A program made the translations under genes and the position numbers. Shown here in pieces: positions 1-8,896 of a stretch of DNA of 31,538 nt. The stretch is taken from the NCBI GenBank assembly GCA_043804515.1, contig JAZDIZ010000176.1, positions 1 to 31,538 on the forward strand, written 5' to 3'. The number at the start of each line of letters is the position of its first letter. Positions within the stretch are counted from its first letter, which is position 1. This DNA is from Pseudomonadota bacterium. Lineage in GTDB: Bacteria > Bdellovibrionota_G > JALEGL01 > DATDPG01. Below the pieces are notes generated by a model, which was not told the DNA's origin, did not search any database, and was given only the letters and a program-made list of their open reading frames with translations.

Positions 1-312
1 GTAGTCTCCGACTTGGTCGGAAATGTCCACGACGACACCGGGGCCGATCCATTCATTCAGCGGAACCTGGCCGATCGTCCGGCCGCTGGCGTGGAAATGG
101 ATCTCACCGTCCATGTGCGTTCCCACGTGATTGCTCGTCGTGATGACTTGGCCGTTCGCCCCCTGCCCCATGTGGGCGCCGGCGATCCGTTTGAAATACT
201 GGACCGAGAGGGGGATGTAACTCGGCCACGGCGGCGTGTGAATGCTCAACGGTTGCGTCAGGTCGTAAACCCGGACCTGATTCATGAACGAAAGAAATTC
301 ATCGGTTTTCAT
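1..312 (-). CDS. Cyclase-family (kynurenine formamidase/KynB-like) metal-dependent hydrolase, 5' part only; runs off the left edge
   Basis: Not in the ORF track. Manual translation from ATG at 312: MKTDEFLSFMNQVRVYDLTQPLSIHTPPWPSY...SNHVGTHMDGEIHF...IGPGVVVDIS. It has the DL(S/T)xP start and the HxGTHxD motif of the cyclase family. AGGAG RBS just upstream; starts 22 nt after the DUF1116 stop. Confidence 0.9.
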   Translation of the reverse strand, partial: MKTDEFLSFMNQVRVYDLTQPLSIHTPPWPSYIPLSVQYFKRIAGAHMGQGANGQVITTSNHVGTHMDGEIHFHASGRTIGQVPLNEWIGPGVVVDISDQVGDY

Positions 313-334
313 ACGTGCTCTCCTATTTCTAAAT

Positions 335-1726
335 CTAAAGACTTCGGGCGAACGCGTTCGCCGCTTTTTCGAACGGCTCCAGCGGCGCGCTCAAAACTCC
401 CGCCCCGACCTGGCCGACGCCCGGGTTCTTGTGCGCCACGCCCGTGTCGATGAACGGCGTGATCCTGGTCTCAGCGACCTTCAAAGCGTCGATCCCCGTA
501 GGGCTCCCTCGAAAGCCGAGAGGGGCGATCTGAAACGCCCGATTCTCGGCCAATGTGATCTCATACATCGCGAGTGTCGTCGAGAGGGCGTCCTCGACGC
601 TCCCCCCCACGAACTGGACGATCGCCGGCGACGCGGCGATGGCGAAGCCCCCCAGCCCGGCGGTTTCGGTGATCGAGCTGTCGCCGATATCGGGATTGGC
701 GTCGTCCTTCGTGAACCCTTTGAAAAATAACGCGTCCGGCACCGGCGACGGCCCCGTGAACCACGTGTCGCCGGTTCCCGAAAGCTGAACGCCGAAATCC
801 ACGCCGTTCCGCGCCATGACAACGCACAGGCTGGAATCGGGAATGTTGCGGGCCGCGTCGAGCATCGCCTTCGAGGCCGCCATCGAGAGGTTCAGGAAGA
901 AATGATCGTTCCCGTTGATGAAATCCAAAGCGGCGGCCGCGGTTTCCCGGTCCTTGCACGTCCGGACGACCGCCGGGGCGATCGCGCGGAAGAACAGGGA
1001 CGTGGCGGCGCGGTTCCGGTTGTGCACTTCATCCCCCATGTGGAGGGCCTGCGCGATGATCGCCTTGAGATCGATCTTCTTCAAATGGCGGACCGCCCCC
1101 TTGAGAACCGGGAAGAGAACCGCCTCCATCCATTTCAGGCGCCGGACGACGTCTTCGCCGTACGCGCCGTAACGCAGGACCTTTCCCAGGCCCTCGTTCA
1201 TCGTGCCGTACGAGAAATTTCCCGCCTCCCCGTTGCGGACGACGAAGACAGGCATCGATGCCGAGACGATCCCCGCCATCGGCCCGACGGCTCCGTGTTC
1301 GTGGCATGGTGAAAAGCGGATCGACCCGGACGCGGCGACTTTCTCCGCCTCCTCGGGAGTCGAGGCCCGGCCCTCGTACACGAGAGCGCCGATCACGGCC
1401 CCTTTCATCGGGCCGCACATTCTCTCCCACTTGATCGGCGGGCCCGCGTGGAGAATCAGATCCTTGTCCATTCCGGGAATCACGTCGATGGCGCGAGCCA
1501 GATCCACCAGGCACGGCTCGGCGCTTAAAATCGCCTCGACGGCTTTGGCGTTGGCTTTCTCGATCCGGGCCCGGTTGCGCCGGATCTTCTCCCAAGCTCC
1601 AACCTCCAGGTCCACCGGCGGCTTCCAATCCACCTGAACGGCCGAGGACCCGATGTTGTCTTTGAACTCGCGCAGGCCGATGTTGACGACTTTGAGTTCC
1701 TTCCTGAAGAGATCCGCGATCGCCAT
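335..1726 (-). CDS. ylbE: DUF1116 family protein (YlbE/YahG-like; AllG-type oxamate carbamoyltransferase subunit)
   Basis: Motifs LHAGPP, PCHEHGAVGPMAGIVS, NEGLGKVLRYGA, MGDEVHNRN, ARNGVDFG, DIGDSSITETAGLGG, DTGVAHKNPGVGQVGAG. Start moved to ATG 1726 (GTG 1729 is an alternative), overlapping the fdrA stop, with a GGGAGG RBS upstream. Confidence 0.9.
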   Translation of the reverse strand: MAIADLFRKELKVVNIGLREFKDNIGSSAVQVDWKPPVDLEVGAWEKIRRNRARIEKANAKAVEAILSAEPCLVDLARAIDVIPGMDKDLILHAGPPIKWERMCGPMKGAVIGALVYEGRASTPEEAEKVAASGSIRFSPCHEHGAVGPMAGIVSASMPVFVVRNGEAGNFSYGTMNEGLGKVLRYGAYGEDVVRRLKWMEAVLFPVLKGAVRHLKKIDLKAIIAQALHMGDEVHNRNRAATSLFFRAIAPAVVRTCKDRETAAAALDFINGNDHFFLNLSMAASKAMLDAARNIPDSSLCVVMARNGVDFGVQLSGTGDTWFTGPSPVPDALFFKGFTKDDANPDIGDSSITETAGLGGFAIAASPAIVQFVGGSVEDALSTTLAMYEITLAENRAFQIAPLGFRGSPTGIDALKVAETRITPFIDTGVAHKNPGVGQVGAGVLSAPLEPFEKAANAFARSL

Positions 1727-3288
1727 CACTTCGCCTCCCGAAGACAAGCTGTTTCCGCCGCAAGGAGAGACGCCGCCGCGTTGCTCGGAAGAACCGTCGC
1801 GCCGGCTCTTTGGAGCCCTTCAACCACGCTCCTGCGGGATTGAGGATCCTGATCGGTTCCCGTCACCGAACAAATGATCGGCAGACAACGCTTAGCCGCG
1901 GCCGCCTTCTCCAGCGCCGTTTCGAGCACCGGGGCCAGATCCGCAATCGGATTGAGATTGGAGCCCCAGCCCAACACGACATCCAGAAGGATCACGGCCG
2001 TCTCGGGATTCTCGGCCTCTTCCAGGATCTTCCGGTTTCTAAGGGAATAATCGATCATCGGGTGCGGCCGCCCCACGGTGAATTCGTCCTCGCCGAAATC
2101 CACCATCGAATGGCCGACGGACTTCCACGAATCTTTGAGCTTTTCGAACGGCTCCACCGGTGCGTTGGAGTACGCCTTCTTCACTTTTCCCCGCAGGATG
2201 ACCTGAGCTTCGGCGCAGAACGTTCCTCCGGAGAACAGGCCCCGGACATATCGTTGTGACGGGGCGAGTCTTCTGACCATTTTTCGGGCGTCGCTTCGGA
2301 TCTCGTCGTCCCGGGAGTGAAGCTCTTTGCGAACCTTGTCGGTTTTCTCTCCGCGCGCGAGGCCCACGGCCAGGATCGCGGCTTCCTCCAACGTGTCCGC
2401 GCGCGTGATCCCTCCCCCGAATTCCTCCCGTGCGCCCACGAAGTTGGCCACGACGGGTTTTCCGATCTCCCGCGCGGTCTTCAAAAGCTTCCTCATGACC
2501 GACGGATGGGGAGGTTTGGAAATCAAAACCACGACGCGCGTCGCCTCGTCGCGTCCGATCGCCTCCATGGCGTCCAGAAACATGATCCCGCCGACCGCCT
2601 CTTTGACGTCCCGTCCCCCCGTTCCGATCGCTTGTGAGACGCCACCCCCCAAATTGGAGATCAGCGAACTCACCTCCTGCAGGCCGGTTCCGGCCGCGGC
2701 CACGATTCCGATGTTTCCCCGAGTTACGGCGTTGGCGAAGCCCAGCGGAACGCCGTTGATGATGGCCGTGCCGCAATCCGGTCCCATCACCAGAAGCCCC
2801 CGTTCGTGGGCGAAACGCTTCAGCTCGATTTCACTTTCGATAGGGACGTTGTCGGAGAAGATCATCACGTGAAGCCCCTTCTCCAACGCCTTCATCGCTT
2901 CATCGGCGGCATACCGGCCCGCCACGGAAATCAGAGCCAACGACGCATCGGGAACGATCCCGACCGCCGCCTCCAGCGTTCGGGGTGAAATTTCCCCCGC
3001 CCCGCCCTTCTTTCCGGCCGTCCGGAGCCGGACATCAACCGTTTTTAAAACCTCGCCAGCGCGATCCGGCGATTCGGAGCGCACGGCGATCAGAAGGTCC
3101 GAATCCCGGCTCTCCTCGAATTCCTTCAGCCAGAGGTTCGACGCGGCCAGAATCGACCGGTTCTCCTTGGTTCCCATCACGACCGCCGCGTCCTCGACGC
3201 CGGGAAGCAAACTCAGCTCCCGGGCCACGCGCATCAGCGTAACCGAATCGAAATACGCACCTCTTTGGATCAAGCCGCAAGTTGCCAT
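1726..3288 (-). CDS. fdrA: FdrA family protein (succinyl-CoA synthetase-like fold; AllF-type oxamate carbamoyltransferase subunit)
   Basis: YFDSVTLM start, VMGT..N, LISVAGRYAA, FSDNV, MGPDCGTAIINGVPLGFAN, GTGGRD, ISKPP, GLFSGGTFCAEA, DFGEDEFTVGRPHPMID, DVVLGWG. AAGGA RBS. Confidence 0.93.
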   Translation of the reverse strand: MATCGLIQRGAYFDSVTLMRVARELSLLPGVEDAAVVMGTKENRSILAASNLWLKEFEESRDSDLLIAVRSESPDRAGEVLKTVDVRLRTAGKKGGAGEISPRTLEAAVGIVPDASLALISVAGRYAADEAMKALEKGLHVMIFSDNVPIESEIELKRFAHERGLLVMGPDCGTAIINGVPLGFANAVTRGNIGIVAAAGTGLQEVSSLISNLGGGVSQAIGTGGRDVKEAVGGIMFLDAMEAIGRDEATRVVVLISKPPHPSVMRKLLKTAREIGKPVVANFVGAREEFGGGITRADTLEEAAILAVGLARGEKTDKVRKELHSRDDEIRSDARKMVRRLAPSQRYVRGLFSGGTFCAEAQVILRGKVKKAYSNAPVEPFEKLKDSWKSVGHSMVDFGEDEFTVGRPHPMIDYSLRNRKILEEAENPETAVILLDVVLGWGSNLNPIADLAPVLETALEKAAAAKRCLPIICSVTGTDQDPQSRRSVVEGLQRAGATVLPSNAAASLLAAETACLREAK

Positions 3289-3297
3289 AAGTTCCTT

Positions 3298-4119
3298 TTA
3301 AGTCGCCTGTTGTATCGCAAGAACCAGACCGACGGCAAAGTCGGCGCCCGACGTCGCGCCTCGGGACAAGAGCCCCTCGACGGCCGGCGGGATGTCCGCC
3401 ACCGCGTGCCGGCGGATCGCATCGAGCAGCCGTTTGGTCCCTTCGAAGAGCCGTCCCTCCTTGGCGAAAAACAGGAGGGAGTTTGAAATCGCGTTCTCCC
3501 CGAGCGAGGCCGCGTACAATTCCTCGATCCGGTCCCTCGGGACACGCTTGAGGTTCAGGCCCGTCAGAAAACCGGCCACGAGATCATCCCCCGTGGGTGT
3601 GAGGCCGAAACCTACGCCGCGAAGAAGCCGGACCCCCTCAAGCCATTCGCCGGATCGGAGCAGCTCGGCACCGGTGCGAATTCGCTCGGCTACGTTGTTT
3701 TCAAAACCGCCGTTGGAGGCGATCGAAGTGGAATCGGCAAGGAGAAATGCCGCGCTCTTTTCAGAAGCCAGGCTCAGCAGGCTCCGAATCACGACGTTCC
3801 ACATTTCCTCGTCCGTGAAGTCGCCTTCCGTTTCCGATCGGAACGGCTCCACTTCCGGGAACAACAACCGGATTTCGCCGCTCTCGGCGCCGGCGGGCGT
3901 AACGGCAAGCGTCTGACCCGCTTGTGAGAGATCCGCGTTCCTGACGACAATGTGCGACGGCCCGGCGCCGACGTCCTCGTTCACCAACGAAATCAGGTGG
4001 TCGGTCGCGGAGAAATTCACAACGCGATTGAAGCGTGAGTGGAGGGGATAACTGCCGGGGTGGACGAGATCGCCCACGGAGACGACCTCGCCACCCCTTG
4101 CGTAAAACGACTCCATCAA
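3298..4119 (-). CDS. ylbF: DUF2877 family protein (YlbF/YahE-like; AllH-type subunit)
   Basis: HSRFNRVVNF, GxGxGLTPTGDDLVAG and GATSGAD motifs; adjacent to fdrA and DUF1116; ATGA overlap with the upstream ORF. Confidence 0.85.
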   Translation of the reverse strand: MMESFYARGGEVVSVGDLVHPGSYPLHSRFNRVVNFSATDHLISLVNEDVGAGPSHIVVRNADLSQAGQTLAVTPAGAESGEIRLLFPEVEPFRSETEGDFTDEEMWNVVIRSLLSLASEKSAAFLLADSTSIASNGGFENNVAERIRTGAELLRSGEWLEGVRLLRGVGFGLTPTGDDLVAGFLTGLNLKRVPRDRIEELYAASLGENAISNSLLFFAKEGRLFEGTKRLLDAIRRHAVADIPPAVEGLLSRGATSGADFAVGLVLAIQQAT

Positions 4120-4835
4120 GCTCGGGCGGAAGCTCCCTTGCTCGTGCCCTTCGAGGTCGGCGCGAAATCGCCCGAAGCGCCGGGAGGATTGCTCGGAGGA
4201 AAGATCGCCCGCTTCGCTTTCGCCAGAAGTTCCGGCGGAACCGGCCGCGTCCCTTGAACGAGTGTCTTTTTCGCCTTTTCGTACAGCGGGATCGTTAGCG
4301 CCCAGGACGGTGCGCCGCCCAACTCGTGCGCGATCTCGAACCGTTTCTCAAGCTTGTACTCCTCCATCCAGCGGCCGAAACCGATAGGGGATTCGGCCAC
4401 GATGAGGACCTCTTTCTGCTTGAGGTACTCCAAGTGGTACTCCATCTTCGTGGCGAACGCGTGGCTTCCTACCCGCTCGCCGCGGAGGAACGTCATCGTG
4501 TGGTACGACACGCCGACGTCCTTGTTCAGCATGCGGCCGTTCACGATGGCGGCGAGTTCCCCGTCCACCTGCGCGACGAGGACGTATTCGTCCGCGACGC
4601 GATAGCGGTACCAACCCAGAAGCTCGGCATAAAGCCTGGCGGCCACGATGTCGTAAAAATCGCGATCCAGGTGGATCAGCTTCTCGACGTGCGGAAGAAG
4701 CTGGGGAATCTCTTCCCGGCCGATCTGCCGGATGGTCATCAGCCTTCCGCTCTTGAGCGTGATCACCTTCGCCGGAAACGGCGCCATGGGGTTATCGATG
4801 GGTCGTAGCATTTTCTCGAGTTCGTCAACGGACAT
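4116..4835 (-). CDS. Uncharacterised protein, probable GNAT (acyltransferase) fold; first gene of the operon
   Basis: AAGGAG RBS, protein-like composition, coupled to ylbF. The segments TLKSGRLMTIRQ, YVLVAQVDGELAA and RGERVGS resemble GNAT strands and the R/QxxGxG/A loop (fold is inference). Confidence 0.7.
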   Translation of the reverse strand: MSVDELEKMLRPIDNPMAPFPAKVITLKSGRLMTIRQIGREEIPQLLPHVEKLIHLDRDFYDIVAARLYAELLGWYRYRVADEYVLVAQVDGELAAIVNGRMLNKDVGVSYHTMTFLRGERVGSHAFATKMEYHLEYLKQKEVLIVAESPIGFGRWMEEYKLEKRFEIAHELGGAPSWALTIPLYEKAKKTLVQGTRPVPPELLAKAKRAIFPPSNPPGASGDFAPTSKGTSKGASARA

Positions 4836-4923
4836 GAAAGATTTCTCCTTTACATCTAACTAGTTATGTTCTCTCCCCCGCGGGAAAACGTTACGCGTAT
4901 CGCTATCCTCATGTGATGTCAAA

Positions 4924-5021
4924 AATTGGGGACACGTACGAATTTCGGTAACCACTCGAACCCATCGAAATGAAAGAAGGAAGTGCCGATTTTCGAAAAC
5001 AATTGGTACGTGTCCCGAATT
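4924..5021. repeat. Inverted repeat pair (21-nt arms, 19/21 match, 56-nt spacer), GGGGACAC/GTGTCCC type; REP/MITE-like
   Basis: AATTGGGGACACGTACGAATT (4924-4944) and AATTGGTACGTGTCCCGAATT (5001-5021) are reverse complements except for two positions. Confidence 0.8.
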
Positions 5022-5039
5022 ATTAGTACTGAGGTCACC

Positions 5040-6344
5040 ATGATCGCCCGCTACTTTCATTTCGAAGAGCTCAAGACCAACTACAAGAACGAGATTCTGG
5101 GCGGCCTCACGACATTCGTGACGATGGCGTACATCATCGTCGTGAACCCCGCGATTCTGGAGGCCGCGGGGATTCCCAAAGGGCCTTCGATGGTCGCCAC
5201 GATCTTCACCGCAATCGTCGGCACGCTCATCATGGGCCTTTACGCCAAGCGGCCGTTCGCGATCGCTCCGTACATGGGTGAAAACGCGTTTGTCGCCTAC
5301 ACCGTCGTGAAAGTTCTGGGCTATTCCTGGCAGACGGCTCTCGGCGCGATCTTCATCGGCGGCGTCCTTTTCACGCTTCTCACGATCTCCAAACTCCGCT
5401 CTCTCCTGGCCGACGCCGTGCCCGAAAGTCTCAAGTACAGTTTTGCGGCGGGAATCGGCCTCTTTCTGGCGTTCATCGGGATGAACGAGTGCGGTCTCGT
5501 CCAACTCGGAGTCCCCGGTGCCCCCGTGAAATTCGGGGATATCACGCAGTGGAATCTGCTTCTTTCCATCCTGGGTTTTCTCCTGATCGTCGTCTTGATG
5601 CAATTGCGTGTGAAAGGGGGCCTTCTGATCGGGATTCTGGCCACGGCCTTCACGGCGTTTTTGACCGGCGCAGCCGTTCCCCCTCAGGCCGTCATGAGTT
5701 CCCCGCCGTCCCTGGCTCCCGTGGCGTTCCAACTGGACATTCCGGGTGCGCTGACGTGGGGGTTTTTCCCGGTGATCCTGACGGTCTTTCTCATGGATTT
5801 CGTGGACACGATGGGAACGCTGATCGGCGTCTCGGCACGGGCCGGCTTCCTGGATGAAAAAGGAAACCTCCCCCAAATGGAGAAACCGATGCTGGCGGAT
5901 GCCGTCGCTACGACGATCGCGGCTCTGGTCGGAACGACAACGGCAGGGGCTTATATCGAGAGCGCCGCGGGCGTCGAGGTGGGCGGAAAAAGCGGGTTCT
6001 CGGCCGTCGTGACGGCCCTTCTCTTCGTCCTGGCCCTCTTCTTCGCGCCGCTCTTCACGTCCATTCCCGCTTTGGCCTACGGCCCCGCCCTCATCTTCGT
6101 CGGCATCCTGATGATCGAGTCCATCCGGAAGATCGATTACTCGGACTTCTCCGAGTCGGTCCCGGCGCTGGCCACGGTGATGCTCATGAGCTTCACGTAC
6201 AACATCGGGATCGGAATCATGTCGGGCTTCGTTCTGCACCCCATCCTCAAGATCGCCAAACGGGACTGGAAAGCGCTGACGTGGCCCAGATTGGTCCTGG
6301 GCACGGCTTCGCTGGTATTTTTTGTCTTTTACCCGTATCAATAA
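5040..6344 (+). CDS. NCS2 family (AzgA/PbuG-like) adenine/guanine/hypoxanthine permease
   Basis: EILGGLTTFVTMAYIIVVNPAIL, APYMGENAF, GIGLFLAFIG, DFVDTMGTL, YIESAAGVEVGG motifs; many TM helices. Start at ATG 5040 after GAGG. Confidence 0.95.
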   Translation: MIARYFHFEELKTNYKNEILGGLTTFVTMAYIIVVNPAILEAAGIPKGPSMVATIFTAIVGTLIMGLYAKRPFAIAPYMGENAFVAYTVVKVLGYSWQTALGAIFIGGVLFTLLTISKLRSLLADAVPESLKYSFAAGIGLFLAFIGMNECGLVQLGVPGAPVKFGDITQWNLLLSILGFLLIVVLMQLRVKGGLLIGILATAFTAFLTGAAVPPQAVMSSPPSLAPVAFQLDIPGALTWGFFPVILTVFLMDFVDTMGTLIGVSARAGFLDEKGNLPQMEKPMLADAVATTIAALVGTTTAGAYIESAAGVEVGGKSGFSAVVTALLFVLALFFAPLFTSIPALAYGPALIFVGILMIESIRKIDYSDFSESVPALATVMLMSFTYNIGIGIMSGFVLHPILKIAKRDWKALTWPRLVLGTASLVFFVFYPYQ

Positions 6345-6357
6345 AGAAACTTATTCG

Positions 6358-7392
6358 ATGTCCCGTCCCGCCCAGGAGCGCAGCGTAAGCGCACAGTTCA
6401 TCAAACGGTTGCCCAAATGTGAGCTCCACCTGCACGTGGAGGGGTGCCTCGAGCCGGAACTCATGTTCGAGCTGGCCGACCGGAACAAAATCAAACTGAA
6501 ATACAAGAGCGTCGGGGACGTCCGCAAAGCGTACAACTTTTCGAACCTCCAATCCTTTCTTGACGTGTATTACGAGGGCGCCTCCGTTCTGAAGCGTGAG
6601 GAGGATTTTTACGACCTCACGATCTCCTATTTCAAGAAGGCCGCCGAACAGAATGTCCGCCACGCGGAGATCTTTTTCGATCCCCAGACGCATACCGACC
6701 GGGGCGTGCCGTTCGAGGTCGTAATCCGAGGCATTGCGCGGGCGTGCGAGGACGCCCGACAAAGGCTCGACGTTTCGAATTACCTGATCCTTTCGTTCCT
6801 GCGGCACTTGAGCGGCGAAGCGGCCATGGAAACCTTGAACCGGGCGATCCCGTTCAAGGACAAAATCGCGGGCGTGGGCCTGGATTCCACCGAAGTGGGC
6901 CACCCCGCCACGAAGTTCCGCGAGGTGTTCGAGGCGGCGAAACGGCACGGGTTGCCCGGCGTCGCTCATGCCGGCGAGGAAGGCCCCCCCGCCTATATCT
7001 GGGACGCTCTCAATCACCTGAACGCGCTGCGCATCGATCACGGCGTGCGTTCCCTGGAAGACGAGGCGTTGGTCCGGGAGCTTGCGGCGCGGAAGATCCC
7101 GTTAACCGTCTGTCCCCTCTCGAACGTCCGGCTCGGCGTTTTCCCGGACATGAAGAAACATCCCCTGAGGACGATGCTGGAAAAGGGCCTGATGGTCACG
7201 ATCAACTCCGATGATCCGGCTTATTTCGGGGGATACTTGAACGAGAACTTCATCGAGGCCCAAAAGGCGCTCGCGCTCACCCGGGACGAGATCGTCCAAC
7301 TGGCCCGCAACTCGTTTCAAGCCAGCTTCCTGCCCGAAGAGGGAAAGAGAACCTTCCTCCGCGAGATCGACGCTTCCGTCGGCGAAGACTGA
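6358..7392 (+). CDS. add: Adenosine/adenine deaminase (amidohydrolase, add-type; likely adenine-preferring)
   Basis: LPKCELHLHVEG, EIFFDPQTH, AHAGEEGP, RIDHG, TVCPLSN, NSDDPAYFGG motifs; 13 nt after the permease stop. Substrate preference is inferred from the FFDPQTH-type motif. Confidence 0.93.
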   Translation: MSRPAQERSVSAQFIKRLPKCELHLHVEGCLEPELMFELADRNKIKLKYKSVGDVRKAYNFSNLQSFLDVYYEGASVLKREEDFYDLTISYFKKAAEQNVRHAEIFFDPQTHTDRGVPFEVVIRGIARACEDARQRLDVSNYLILSFLRHLSGEAAMETLNRAIPFKDKIAGVGLDSTEVGHPATKFREVFEAAKRHGLPGVAHAGEEGPPAYIWDALNHLNALRIDHGVRSLEDEALVRELAARKIPLTVCPLSNVRLGVFPDMKKHPLRTMLEKGLMVTINSDDPAYFGGYLNENFIEAQKALALTRDEIVQLARNSFQASFLPEEGKRTFLREIDASVGED

Positions 7393-7456
7393 TCCGGTCC
7401 GACGCGGCGTTGCTCTTTGAATTTTGATTGCGCCCGGTCTGGAGTAAACTGGTTCC

Positions 7457-7861
7457 ATGACGCACACTCGCCTTTTCAGGGCCTGGATTCCCTCCCTTTT
7501 CGCCTTGGGTTTTTTGGTTCTCGGGGCTTGCGGAAACGACGCTACTCCGGAAACGCTCGTCCCCGGCGCCGTAAAGATCACCATTGATACCGACGCCCGG
7601 ACGATCACCTGGCCGTCCATCGCGGGGGCGACTTCGTACAATCTCAACTTGGAGACCGACACCGATTGCACGGATGTCAACGCCGCTACGTTTGATACGC
7701 CGACTACAACGGACACAAAGCTCGAAAACGTTACGTCCCCGTGGTCCATTGCGGACTACACGGGCAACACCACTTGCTATCACGCCACGGTTTCGGCCCA
7801 GAACTCCGTGGGAGAGGGAGAGCCGTCGAACGGCGTAGCCTGGCAGATTCACACCTCGTAG
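7457..7861 (+). CDS. Small lipoprotein with a fibronectin type III-like beta-sandwich
   Basis: Signal peptide ending LGAC; TITW...GATSYNL...YHATVSAQNSVGEGEPS is FnIII-like; GGAG RBS. Confidence 0.75.
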   Translation: MTHTRLFRAWIPSLFALGFLVLGACGNDATPETLVPGAVKITIDTDARTITWPSIAGATSYNLNLETDTDCTDVNAATFDTPTTTDTKLENVTSPWSIADYTGNTTCYHATVSAQNSVGEGEPSNGVAWQIHTS

Positions 7862-7894
7862 GACACGATCCTGGGCCTGTAGGGCGGGCCGGGA

Positions 7895-8896
7895 TTATCG
7901 CGGGGCCGTCTTGATCCGGCCTTCCAACCCGAAGACCTTGATAAGCAGCGCTACGCGCATCCACATTCCGTTGCGCTCCTGCCGCCAGTACATGGCCCGG
8001 GGATCCCGGTCCACGTCCGGGTGGATCTCCTCCCTGCGCGGCAGCGGGTGCATGATGACGGCGTGGGGCTTCAAAAGAGGAAGCAAGGCCGGCGTGATGG
8101 AAAAATCGGTCAGATCGACGTTTCTGGAGTCCCCTTGCGTGTCGTGCTCGAACTGTATCCTGGTCACGTAAATCGCGTCCAACTCCGGCAAGGCCTCGCG
8201 GAGTTTCGAGGTTTCCTGAAACTTTACGTTGTATTTCGCCAGGTAGGCCTTGATGTCGTCCGCCATCTTGAAGGCTTCCGGCGCGATGAACACGAGCCGA
8301 GCGTTCTTGTAGTGTCTCATGAGGTGGCTTAACGAGCGGACGGTCCGGCCGCGCTTCAAGTCACCCATCATTCCGATCACCTTTCCGTCGATCCCGCCGC
8401 GGTCTTTGAAGCTGCGGGCGAGCGTGTAGATGTCGAGCAGGGCTTGCGTCGGGTGCTGATCCGGCCCGCTTCCCGCGTTGATGATCGGGATCCTCCGGGG
8501 GATCGAATCCATGAGCTCCGCCGCTCGTTGGGCCAGGCCCCGCTCCTTGGTGCGCATGATGATCACGTCCACATACGAGCTGAACGTGCGGATGCTGTCT
8601 TCGAACGTCTCCCCCTTCACCTCCGAGGAGACGGTGGGATCCCGGATCTCGCTGGTGCCCATGCCGAGAATCTGGCAGGCGTTGTTGAACGACAGGAACG
8701 TGCGCGTCGAGGGCTGCGTGAAATAAAGCATCGCGCGTTTGTCCGGCAAGAGCCCTTGGAGAAACTTCGCGCCGTCCTTGGTGCGGGAGGCCGTCCGTAC
8801 GGCCGTGGTCAACTCGCAAAGCTCGTCCAGCAAAGCGCGGTCAAACGGCATCGCGTCAATGACGTGAAACAACTCGCGGTGACTTTCGGTCGCCAT
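7895..8896 (-). CDS. pyrB: Aspartate carbamoyltransferase catalytic subunit
   Basis: PSTRTFLSF carbamoyl-phosphate motif, KGETFEDS, INAGSGPDQHPTQALLD, GDLKRGRTVRSL, TRIQ, MHPLPR. Confidence 0.93.
   Translation of the reverse strand: MATESHRELFHVIDAMPFDRALLDELCELTTAVRTASRTKDGAKFLQGLLPDKRAMLYFTQPSTRTFLSFNNACQILGMGTSEIRDPTVSSEVKGETFEDSIRTFSSYVDVIIMRTKERGLAQRAAELMDSIPRRIPIINAGSGPDQHPTQALLDIYTLARSFKDRGGIDGKVIGMMGDLKRGRTVRSLSHLMRHYKNARLVFIAPEAFKMADDIKAYLAKYNVKFQETSKLREALPELDAIYVTRIQFEHDTQGDSRNVDLTDFSITPALLPLLKPHAVIMHPLPRREEIHPDVDRDPRAMYWRQERNGMWMRVALLIKVFGLEGRIKTAPR

Noticed and set aside
13..453. 146-aa plus-strand ORF at the left edge
   Set aside because: Antisense to the cyclase gene, which has an RBS, a family motif and operon context.
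4836..5039. Purine riboswitch upstream of the NCS2 permease
   Set aside because: Could not find the conserved purine-aptamer core by eye; the structure present is explained by the inverted-repeat element.
4860..6341. 493-aa minus-strand ORF and other long antisense/alternate-frame ORFs (e.g. 11365-12447, 13875-14909, 1029-1823, 24676-25518)
   Set aside because: They shadow well-supported genes; long stop-free opposite frames are expected in GC-rich DNA and none shows family motifs.
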